Assembly (NCBI GenBank): GCA_024626585.2 | Contig: JANKJI020000002.1 | Span: 80,976,422-80,997,418 of the forward strand | Length of the DNA: 20,997 bases | Direction of reading: 5' to 3' | Source: Ginkgo biloba | Lineage: Eukaryota; Plantae; Ginkgophyta | Shown: piece after piece, positions 1-10,029 of the stretch | How the letters are laid out: the number at the start of each line of letters is the position of its first letter | How positions within the stretch are numbered: the stretch's first letter is position 1 | The notes under the pieces: model-generated | Seen by the model: only the letters and a program-made list of their open reading frames with translations | Databases searched by the model: none | What the model was told of the DNA's origin: nothing | Translations under genes and position numbers: made by a program

Positions 1-645
1 GTTCCCAAAATGTTTGTTGTTCCTCCCTTGACCATTGTTCAGATACTCTCTCCCCCATGTCATCAAATCCCCAAGAATAGAATGCTTTGCCTAACTCCAT
101 CTTCAATTTTAACCTTCCTGCCTTTATATGCTCCTTCACACATTCTATTGAACTTTGGTCTGGACAGCTACAGTAGGCAGATCTGCCTTGCCCGATACTT
201 CTATTGTCAAGAACACAGTCAGATCCTAATAGTGGCCACACACAGGTGCCCAGCAATCCATAAGTGTACTTTATCTCATTACTTATAAAGATAGATTGAC
301 ATGCTTGAAATGATTTGTTATCAGAAGCAACAACTAGAGCTGTTTCTTCTGATGGTCTCCAGGGAGGAATTTNNNNNNNNNNAACTCTGGACCTATAGGA
401 ACACTTTTCAAATGAACATGCTCCACAAAATAATCGTCAAGGTCCAAGCTTGACTCACAATGAGAAAAACTCTGGTCTCCACCACTACGATCATCTTCAG
501 GACAAGCTGCCACACATGAGCCCAAAGATTCGCAAACAAGAGAAGGCAGTAAATTGTTTTTCAAATGTACAAGCTCTTTAGAAGACTGCTCCAGAGTCTT
601 GGAATTGTGCAGTGTATTTTCTGAGCTTGTGGAAGAAGCTGAAAC
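1..645 (-). CDS. Exon (truncated at window edge) of a plant ELM2-domain/SANT-like protein, ARID1/ARID2-related family
   Basis: Manual minus-strand translation: VSASSTSSEN...KSVPIGPE(F)[10-N gap](E)IPPWRPSEE...GLLGTCVWPLLGSD...IGQGRSAYCSCPDQSSIECVKEHIKAGRLKLKMELGKAFYSWGFDDMGERVSEQWSREEQQTFWE, open to position 1. This matches the plant ELM2 family pattern (xPIGPxFQAExPxW; LGTxxWP; IGxGRxxxCxCxxxxSxECVxxHI; LKxELGxAFYxWxFDxMGExVxxxWxxEExxxF). Acceptor tttgaacAG|GTT with AG at 647-646, phase 0. Confidence 0.9.
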
Positions 646-1247
646 CTGTTCAAACACAGAAATATGACAGGATAATAGTATTTTTCAGCCAATTCAACAT
701 ATGAAATCACTCGCTTGAAAAAACAACCAATGCTAATATCCAGAAAATGTACAAAAGTTACAGTGATTCAAGCTCTCTCAAATGAGAAAGTGGGTAGTAT
801 ATATAAGCTACACATTTATCCACACAAATCTTTATTAATCACTTCAAGTATTCCCATCATATGCATGGCATAATAGTTACATTCTTCAAAAGATTCAATG
901 TGCCAGGCAATGATCAAGCTCATTGCAGAATGCATTTGTATGCAAAACAAGCTTTCTTAAACCTGCACCTAAGACCTAAGAATAGGCAGAAAGCTCAATT
1001 GCAAGATTCAGCAACAATAACTAAAGATTCTCATCCGAAAATGAAGCTATAATTTCACCCTTTGCATCAATGCTACATAATACTGTGTTCTTTAAACACA
1101 TTTCTGCCTTAGACAAAAATAATGGAAAACACCATCTTGCTGGGCGCNNNNNNNNNNNNNNNNNNNNNNNNNNNNNNNNNNNNNNNNNNNNNNNNNNNNN
1201 NNNNNNNNNNNNNNNNNNNNNNNNNNNNNNNNNNNNNNNNNNNNNNN

Positions 1248-1445
1248 AGTTTGCTAGATTTAAAGCACTTAGTTGCAAAGGTTGAATTATCTACTTTAGA
1301 AAGGCTTAAGAGAATTCATTAAGAAATTGAAGGTTTAAAAGATGAAGTTCATGACCTTAAAAGTTAGAAAAATGATTCATCAAAAGAAGAAGATCTTATG
1401 CCGTCTACTTGGAAAAACTCAGATGCGGACTCAGGCGAATCTTAG
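1248..1445 (+). pseudogene. Degenerate ORF 3' end, coiled-coil then acidic tail (TE- or virus-derived?)
   Basis: SLLDLKHLVAKVELSTLERLKRIH*EIEGLKDEVHDLKS*KNDSSKEEDLMPSTWKNSDADSGES*. It has heptad-like Leu/Ile spacing and two internal stops (TAA 1320-1322, TAG 1365-1367), each one C>T change from a Gln codon. Confidence 0.3.
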
Positions 1446-1800
1446 TCTGTGTTCTCTATTATGTGGAAATCGTTTTTCTTGTTACAGGCTAGCAGGCATT
1501 ACCTATGCTGACTTATATGTTTAATGCAGTTCGTTGTGTAGAACAATTGGAACTCTCAGTTCAGATGCAGTGACATTTTAGGCAACCCCAAGGATTAGGG
1601 CATACATAAGAGTTTATGTTGGCTTAAAAAGCAACCCAAAAGACCTACAAAAAGGCCAAGAAGAGTATAAATACGGCTGAATTCTTCATTTTCTCATCAC
1701 ACCAAGAAATATGACTTTGATTGCACTTGACTTGTCTCTTGAAGGATTTTGGAGCAATTAGGTTTATTAGGATAAATTAACAGATTTCGATTAATTAATA

Positions 1801-2439
1801 TAGATGTTTGACCACAAAGCCCTGCAAGCACCCAAAAATACTATTCAACAATAGAGAAGAAAAGACACTCACCTTAGGATCACTATTAATTGCTCCTTCT
1901 ATGTTGACCTTCCTTTCCCTTGCAATAATCTCCACTCTTCTCTAGCATCTTTATGCACCTTATACACAATACAAGAGTGCAATCCCACTTTCCTACTTCT
2001 AGAGTTCACATAAGGAATCAAAAGAGCAATAGAAGAACCATCCACATTGAAGAATATATAATATATGCTAGAAATAGAATAAATAAATAATCAAATGGAA
2101 TTCGGGCTTGAAAAACCTTATAGACTTGGCAATACACTCTTTCAATTGTGTCTTGCCCCTCCTCTCTCTAGCTCTGCAATAGTGGGGTTATGGTTTGAAA
2201 GTTATGTCATACAAGCAGCAAACAAGACAAAATACTTCTTGANNNNNNNNNNNNNNNNNNNNNAACTCTGCCAACAATTGAGTCTTGGAGGAGAACTATA
2301 TTTTCATCATATTCGTTGATCCTTTCAAAATGAATGGATGAAGATAAGCCAAAAGAAATATGTGCAATGATAATTTATACAACACAAGAATAGCCCATAA
2401 TGATTTGAGTGAGTTTTGAACACCCCACTTGTATTAACA
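1801..2439 (-). mobile_element. Candidate solo LTR
   Basis: On the minus strand it begins TGTTAATACAAG at 2439. It ends ...GGTCAAACATCTA, where CA>TA decay is assumed. Flanked by a 5-bp direct repeat TAATA (1796-1800, 2440-2444), and there is no sustained ORF. Confidence 0.35.
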
Positions 2440-2563
2440 TAATACTGATTTGATCACCAACCAACGATATTATGATGTTCCAAAGATTCGCCACGCATGC
2501 TCACGGTAAATAAATTTAAGAAAGACCAATTATAATCTCTTGTTTTTTTGTATTTGCGTCGCC

Positions 2564-2669
2564 GGAGAAAAGTTGTGGTGATTGTTGTAAATCGTGGCAA
2601 TTTAAGGAATAGTATAGCTATGGCAACCTGTTATGTCAAAAGTCGACAAATAACCACAAATATTTCTCC
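2564..2669. repeat. Imperfect inverted repeat (~24-bp arms), MITE-like relic
   Basis: Left arm GGAGAAAAGTTGTGGTGATTGTTG (2564-2587); reverse complement of 2644-2669 is GGAGAAATATTTGTGGTTATTTGTCG. Confidence 0.6.
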
Positions 2670-2766
2670 AAAAGATATAAATATCAGAGTAACAGCAGAA
2701 TACACAAAATATATCCACAACATGTCAAATATCCACATCTCAAGTCCACAAAATGCAATATAACGC

Positions 2767-2767
<1 letters not shown>

Positions 2768-2803
<36 letters not shown>
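2768..2803. repeat. (AG)18 microsatellite
   Basis: Perfect AG run ending 15 bp before a 100-N gap. Confidence 0.97.
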
Positions 2804-2804
<1 letters not shown>

Positions 2805-3667
2805 ACTCTATTATCCAANNNNNNNNNNNNNNNNNNNNNNNNNNNNNNNNNNNNNNNNNNNNNNNNNNNNNNNNNNNNNNNNNNNNNNNNNNNNNNNNNN
2901 NNNNNNNNNNNNNNNNNNCCTTATCCTATTTGACTACATATTCTGATTACGGCTGCCCTTCAGTAGTGCCCACCATACTTTCAGTAAACATCTAAGCAAA
3001 AATCCACAAGACCAAAAAGCAATCGAGTGCGAAATCTATGAAGAACATAAAATGGCAAAATTCTTCCATATTTATTATAACAAATTCCTTTTGCAAGGGG
3101 CAGGAGAAACTAATCATGAGGGAATGACAAAGGGTGAAGTTGCAAAGCATTCTCATGCCATCAATGGTTCAGGAGAAAGAATCACGTTCTTCCANNNNNN
3201 NNNNNNNNNNNNNNNNNNNNNNTAGAGGGGCAAATGAAGAAAAATGGAAAGAAACGGTAAAGGAAAAGGTGACAGTTTATTCCCTTCCCATCAGTGGTTA
3301 AACAGATAAACCCTGCAGGCAATTTTTTTTTTAGGCAATTTATATTTCCTTCAGGCAACTTATTCAAGAGTGAAAGAAAACAACTGCATGAAATTTAGTA
3401 GGTGGTGTCCAATGGAAAGCGACATAAATGGATCAATATCCTGCATTCAAGATTTTATTAGTTTTAGTTTACACATCCCTTTTTTNNNNNNNNNNNNNNN
3501 NNNNNNNNNNNNNNNNNNNGTCCAAGAAAATAATGTTGAAAATCACAACAAAAGTAATAGCAGATTAACACAGAGAAAGTAGATTTAGGTGTTCCTTCAA
3601 AATTGCATTGATATGGTCTAAACAATATCTCCAACCAAAAGCACAAGAATAAACACCCAATGCATAC

Positions 3668-4141
3668 CTTGGCGGCATCCATATCTTTTGGACCTCTAGA
3701 ACCCAACTCAACTGCATTGACAGATAGAACAGACCGTAGCGTATCCACCTCAGCTGCATCCTCAAACTCACCACATACCCCACGACCTTGCTTGTCTAGG
3801 AATCCAGTTGTGTCAGCGGCCACATTTTTCATCCTAATAAGTGAATCTACAAGTGGGTCACTTAAACCCCTGCTACTTCCCATACTTGTGACTGGTTTAC
3901 ATTTCTCCCTGTCCTCAGCCTGTTGTCCAATGCTAACTCTTTGCTGATATGTTCTGCAACCATCTTCTGCCAAAATAGGTTTCTCATACTCTGTAGAAAA
4001 TATTTGTTGGAAAGGTTTACTTTGCACATTTTCCTCAGCTGCAGCTAACTCACAAACATTGTAATGCAAAAGCTTGTGGCATTTAGCAGGTTGTAGTGTT
4101 TTGCCATTCTCTAATGATCGTTTGCTCTTTTTGAAAATCAT
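3668..4141 (-). CDS. Probable first coding exon (158 codons) of the same ELM2-domain gene
   Basis: Lies within ORF 3464..4168. Acceptor ttattgttgcAG|ACCACCATG gives exon start 4147 and an ATG at 4141 in strong context. Donor GCCAAG|GTATGC after 3668 is phase 0, matching the phase-0 acceptor at 645. N-terminus MIFKKSKRSLENGKTLQPAKCHKLLHY loosely resembles the basic N-termini of ARID-less plant ELM2 proteins. Linking the two exons is inference. Confidence 0.7.
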
Positions 4142-4789
4142 GGTGGTCTGCAACAATAAGTACCTCAATTTAACACCATCATGATATAAAAATAATGATA
4201 ATCAAGATCACACAAATAAAAGAAGACATTCAGTAAAATATTTATATGAATTTGTATTTCATTACTCTCGAGTACATGAAGGATTGTGCATGAAGAGATT
4301 GAGCGATTGAGGAGAAACAAAGAATCAGTTATTAAAAAATGAAAAAAGATGCAGCTCAAAAATTTCACACATGAATTACTTCAAAGGAATAATAAAATAA
4401 AGCAGACACCTTTTGACCCGAGACACGAAACTCATACTAGGAATTTGATTTTAGCTTTGATACTTACAATTCAAAAGCCTGCAAACAAGTCACAGTGGAC
4501 TTCCTTAGAGGCCACACTTCCAAACCCTCTTGGAAGATTCGCAAGTAAAGTGTGNNNNNNNNNNNNNNNNNNNNNNGACAATGACTGGGAACATATTGGT
4601 GCCAGGCACACAACAAAACACCCATGTTGTCGAATTGTATAAAGTACTACTATGTCTAAACAATGCCTAAGAACATTTACATGGATAATCACAGAGAACA
4701 ACCCTAGGGTTATATAGGTTGTGCATCCTTAAATTTGGATTAGCAAAAAAATTAGCACATTTATATCTGTAGTGAACCCAATTAGCAGG

Positions 4790-5048
4790 TGTTAGGGATA
4801 AATCAGTAGCTAGGGCATTACTAGTAGATAAAGGGTGACATGATGAAAATGTGCCTCTCCATAAGCAACCTTACATATCTACAATCCATATATATATATA
4901 GAGATAGATAGATAGATAGATATATGCGCCAATCAGCCCACATTGTAACTATCATCCTATTTATCAATCTGAATTTGTTATCTACCAATTAGTCACTGAA
5001 GCATTCAAGCACAACCATTCCATGATTGTGTTAAGTGGTATCAAAGCC
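4790..5048 (+). mobile_element. LTR retrotransposon 5' LTR remnant with tRNA-iMet primer-binding site
   Basis: TGGTATCAAAGCC at 5036-5048 has one mismatch to the canonical plant PBS TGGTATCAGAGCC. Putative LTR start TGTTAGGG at 4790, with a TATA-like (AT)n tract inside. The 3' LTR terminus is not a clean CA. Confidence 0.5.
4888..4925. repeat. Compound (AT)n/(GATA)n microsatellite
   Basis: ATATATATATATA GA GATAGATAGATAGATAGATA TAT. Confidence 0.9.
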
Positions 5049-5183
5049 ATGTGGCTCATTTCAAATAAAAAAGAACAGAATTTTTTTATATATAAACTTG
5101 TCGGTTCATGCTTTGCCATTGTTCAGCCATTAGCATTTTTCAGTCCATCATCACACTGATCCGATCTTTGTGCAATTAACTTC

Positions 5184-5188
<5 letters not shown>

Positions 5189-5217
<29 letters not shown>
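5189..5217. repeat. (AG)14+ microsatellite truncated by gap
   Basis: AG run continues directly into the N run at 5218. Confidence 0.97.
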
Positions 5218-5410
5218 NNNNNNNNNNNNNNNNNNNNNNNNNNNNNNNNNNNNNNNNNNNNNNNNNNNNNNNNNNNNNNNNNNNNNNNNNNNNNNNNNNN
5301 NNNNNNNNNNNNNNNNNNNNACTTGTTTGTAATTCATTCTCAACAATTCATCTCCTAACCCAAAAAACAAAAGAAAGCCAAACAAAAATTGTTCACTCAT
5401 TATCACTTCT

Positions 5411-6208
5411 TCATGCTACTATAACGGTGGCAGTACGAAGCAACCATACAAATGTCTTTTTAATGATCCTCAAGCAACATTGCACAATTTTCTAAAGCAA
5501 CTTATGCTTAGGGAATCAAATCATGCCTCCACCTTTCAACAAGTGGTTCACACTCTTGTTGGTGTAGCCTTTCATTATCCTCATGGGCTTTTTGCTCAAT
5601 TGCTCGTAGAGAATTTGAAAAACGTGTATGTGCATCAGATAACAACAATTTCTTATCCTCCTCCCTAAATCTTTCTATCATTCCCCAAACTGATGCAAGC
5701 ATTCACCTATTCCACTTCACCAAAATAGGATCTTCATCCATAGGTAAGACCCTTGATACATGCTCAATAGGTTTACATCCATTTCCAACCACTCAATGCT
5801 TGTTTTTCCATCCAATCATCCCAGCATCCTCCTGCATTGTCTCCCCTTGACAAACCCTTCCATCCCCCATATTCTACATGGCGTGCCACAAGTGACAAAC
5901 ATTTGCCTTTATCTATTGTGCTATTCACACCAACACGGGTCACAATAAGAGAATTTTACTAAGGCTTACTCAAGTATTACACTCTTGCAAAGTCCCTTAC
6001 AAGTATTAGCACTTGATCATATTGAAGATCGAGGTAGCTTTACATGAGTCACTATAAGTCTAAGTTCCCTTGAACTTAACTTTCGGTCATAGCAAAAATT
6101 CATATAATTTTTGCATCTTCCTTCAAGTCAAAAGCTCCCTCGTATCCTAGCTTGTTTTGAGCCCTTTGGTATCTACACAAAGTCTTACAACTCTAACCCC
6201 TTTTCATC
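5411..6208 (-). pseudogene. Decayed ORF: Cys/His-rich segment (GRF-zinc-finger-like), coiled coil, hydrophobic C-terminus; probably a DNA-transposon (MULE-type) accessory gene
   Basis: Minus strand, with stops and frameshifts: ...CKGLCKSV...YCDPCWCE*HNR*RQMFVTCGTPCRI...GRQCRRML/WDDWMEK...; then DEDPILVKWNR*MLASVWGMIERFREEDKKLLLSDAHTRFSNSLRAIEQKAHEDNERLHQQECEPLVERWRHDLIP*A*VALENCAMLLEDH*KTFVWLLRTATVIVA*. Family assignment is inference. Confidence 0.35.
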
Positions 6209-7372
6209 AGAAAAAAAAAAAGATACATAGCTCGTTAAATGGAAAAAATAAAATATAAACAACCACTTTCCTTTGTGGGACCCAAGAAAGTCAAAGAATG
6301 TGAAAAGTATCTCCAACATGCTTGATAAGTTATTACAAAGATTATAGACAACAAACATATGGCAGCATTGGAGGAGAAACATTTTCGCACTATATTGAGC
6401 CATTTGATGGCACCTTCAAAAACGATAACACTAAGAAAATTGAGTTTTTAAAAAGATTTTTGGAAAGAATCTAGTTATTTCCAAGAGCTACTTATTTTAT
6501 TTAATTATGGTATATTCAAAAAGAAATCTCCTCTTTTTACCTCTACAACCTCATTTTCAAATTACATGACTAGACAAGAAAATGCCCAACATGTTACTGG
6601 CCAATAAAACCAGGCAAATTACACCTTGAAAAGGGGAAAAGGCATTAAGTTAAGTAAGAAGCCACTTCATTTGCCTTACAACTTATGATAGCACCACTTG
6701 AAGAATTCATAATTAAAAGAAACTAGAAAAAAATTAAAAATTAAAGGCCCAAAGGTTAGTTCCCAATAGGGCACCTCCTATAGAGTGATGGCACATAGCA
6801 TGCAGCATTATAGAAGGGTGGTTGGAATAAGGGCACATCCAACGACAAGCCCATCTATTCTATGAAGGTTTTGGGAGCACAAATTTGTTGCTTGGGCTTG
6901 GGAAATTCTGTATTCTTGGATTTATTCCTTAACATTGGATTCGTTTCTCTCTCTTTTGGCTTCTACTTTGTATTGGGTTATTGAGAGATTCGCTTGAGAG
7001 TAGAACCTTTTGATCTAGAGTGCTTGTCGTGGTTGGATTGGTAAAGTCTCGCCAGGGGTAGTATCCTCTTTCTGTTGCCAAGTGTTGCTATCCTGGGGTT
7101 GTCAATTTTCAATATAGGCAATGACAATGGCAGAGATAATTTAGAGAGGAGAGAGAATGGTTAATGACTTCCTTCATTACTTGATGATAACATTCGAATA
7201 CACGAGTGAATAAATGGGAAGGCAATCCTCAGATTNNNNNNNNNNNNNNNNNNNNNNNNNNNNNNNNNNNNNNNNNNNNNNNNNNNNNNNNNNNNNNNNN
7301 NNNNNNNNNNNNNNNNNNNNNNNNNNNNNNNNNNNTTAGATTAATGGTGATGGAAATGACTAGAACAAGTAT

Positions 7373-7400
7373 TATATATAGATAGATAGATAGATAGATA
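7373..7400. repeat. (TA)4(GATA)5 microsatellite
   Basis: TATATATA followed by five copies of GATA. Confidence 0.9.
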
Positions 7401-10029
7401 AAATTATTCTAAATATATGATAAGGTTGTCTAGTGGATCATACTAAACCTACTTAGATAATGTTGATTTAATTTAAATTTAGTAGACAACATTCACCACT
7501 AATCAAGTAGATAATTAGGCATCATGGAGTCATTGATCATCAACAAAAAATCTAATTTCCCTAAAAAAATAATTGTAGGCTATGCATGTTGTGCATTTAA
7601 TGTTTATTAGTATATACTAATATTTAGAATAATTTATTTGGTGGTGACTTAAAAAATGGAATAAAAAAAAAATACCAAATAAATCAAAAAATGTGCAAAG
7701 CCTTTATTATGGTTATGTTCATTTATTCTTTATTTTTTTAATTATTTAATTATTATGTACAATCAATTTTGAAATGTGAAAATTAATGACTTTTAATAAC
7801 ATAATGGGCATATTTTTTTCTCGGTGATCGCAATGGCCATCATATCAATTAAATATTCAATGGAAATTCTCAATCCGTTAGTCAAAATTATGGACTTTAT
7901 TAAGTAACCCTTTACATAAAAGATTTTGAGATCATACGATTGATCTGAGGGTGATGTATGGGATTTTGACATTTTATTTATCGTTGAGATGACGTGACTT
8001 TGGCTCTGTTATGAAATGAGTGAATAATAATGCATGTGGGAATTTTGTTTATCATTAATTAGATTTTAGAAGAGATTGATCATGTATGATCTGGTGTATT
8101 GATGAGTTTTAAAAAATAACTCAATCTTGCTTTAATCATTTGTAGGCATCATATCTATCATCATCATTTGATCTCGAGACTGTATATGTGGAAGGAGAGC
8201 GGCCTAGTTTAGAAAGGAAATTCTCTTTCGACCAATTTATAGAAATAATAGATAATTTCTAGAAGAAGCATATGCTTGGATTTTCATGTTCTATTTTAAC
8301 AATGTGTATTTTTTTGCAACATCATCTAGTTGATTTCAACGTCACTTGCATCATCAAAAGTGTCCNNNNNNNNNNNNNNNNNNNNNNNNNNNNNNNNNNN
8401 NNNNNNNNNNNNNNNNNNNNNNNNNNNNNNNNNNNNNNNNNNNNNNNNNNNNNNNNNNNNNNNNNAGAGGAAGGAGCCCAAAGATAAATAATTTTTACAC
8501 ACACATATAAAGGAAACAAAACTAACTTTATTTTGTTATGTAGGATATCCTTCGATGAGAAATAAAAGATGCCTGAGAAATAGTGGGAATAGAAGAATCA
8601 TCCTAAATAAGGCCAAGAGAAGGAGGATGAGAGAGTGATTCTTAAAATGATTAAGAGAAATAAGAAGGAAAAGGAGGATAATATAAAGATATGGAAATTT
8701 TGCATTTTCCTAATTATTATGCAATAGGGATTTATTCTTATTTTTATACTAATAGAAAAATGGTATGTATAACTTCATCTAGGTCTTAATACTTTATCAA
8801 ATTATTAATGTTATGGGATTTGACCTGACTTGTAATCAATGTTTCCTAACATTAAATATTATTACTATTGTTAGCTTTATGCCTTATTTTATGATTAATC
8901 ATGCTTTAAATTTGCCCACAAGCAATGATTGTGTAAAATTAGAATTATATCATCTTCCCATGCTCTAAAATACTTCTGCATATTCTCAAATCCTTCCAAT
9001 TCACTATGTGTATACTAAAATCCATGGTGTTTAACATACTCCCCTATGGAACACCTCTCTCTTATTGTAGAGGATGAGTACTGCTTGTAGAGATCAAAAT
9101 CCATGTGAGAAGAAATAGCTTATAAGGATTATAAACTGGACAATAATGAAGTATTGATATATTAAGAGTCCAAGTAGGAGGATTGTATTTATAGTACGAA
9201 TTCAACTAAATAAAGGTTGAGTTAAGGGTATTTATTGTTGTGTGAAATGGAGAGTCCAACTATTTGAGAGGAAGGTCGTATTTTTGGGGACTATTTTCCT
9301 TCTTATATTTTTATAACTGGGATTAGTTCTTACGAAGTCTATATGGGTTTGAATTCTTTCTTGAAACAATTGTAGACTGTCTGCATAGGTTTATTTTTAA
9401 TGTCTACATAGATTTAGGCATTATGATATGATATAAAATTATCAATTAAAGGTTTGACATTATCATAATCCTCTCGTGAGTGTAATACTCATAATATGAA
9501 CTTTATATAAAATTCAAGCCACTTCAATGAGAGTCAACTCAATGGTCCTAGTTCTTAGTGAATCCCTTAGTTGGATTATTGTGATGATATCAAAACTTTT
9601 AAAATGATCTGGCTTAGGCCTTTGGGGGACCAATTATGTGGAGATGACCATCTTAAAGATTGATATTATTTACCCCCTTTTGTGCTGCCATATGTATAGC
9701 TAAAAAAGATAAAAAAGAATGCATGCACTCATGCAAGTGAATGCAAGCACTATAAATGATAGAACACCATTAATTCATACATAAAAGTACTATAAAATAT
9801 ATAATTTAATGCATGTACACATGAAATAACTATAAAAGTATGAATGCACACATATAAGTACTAGCNNNNNNNNNNNNNNNNNNNNNNNNNNNNNNNNNNN
9901 NNNNNNNNNNNNNNNNNNNNNNNNNNNNNNNNNNNNNNNNNNNNNNNNNNNNNNNNNNNNNNNNNTTAGTTTCTTTATCCCCTTTGTCTTGCACATAGAC
10001 AAAAATCAAGTGTTATAACCATGTAGTAC

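Larger units (their letters stand above)
646..3667 (-). other. Inferred ~3-kb GT-AG intron containing TE remnants and two 100-N gaps
   Basis: GT at 3667-3666 and AG at 647-646, with compatible phases. Further exons could be hidden in the gaps. Confidence 0.55.

Noticed and set aside
10-288. + strand 92-aa ORF
   Set aside because: Antisense shadow of the ELM2 exon.
334-372. Stop at 334 and C-terminus KFLPGDHQKKQL of ORF 334..657
   Set aside because: Wrong frame after the mis-sized gap; the conserved frame continues as IPPWRP.
3464-3667. Hydrophobic C-terminal part of the 234-aa ORF (possible TM segment)
   Set aside because: Lies after the AAG|GTATGC donor; T-rich intron read-through.
3565-3947. 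ORFs 3565..3783(-) and 3660..3947(+)
   Set aside because: Alternative-frame and antisense overlaps of the real exon.
9029-9200. PPT-like AGGGGAG-TA-TGTTAAA and CTATAAATAC on the minus strand
   Set aside because: Suggestive of LTR debris, but the order is inconsistent with a single LTR and there is no second terminus or coding domain.
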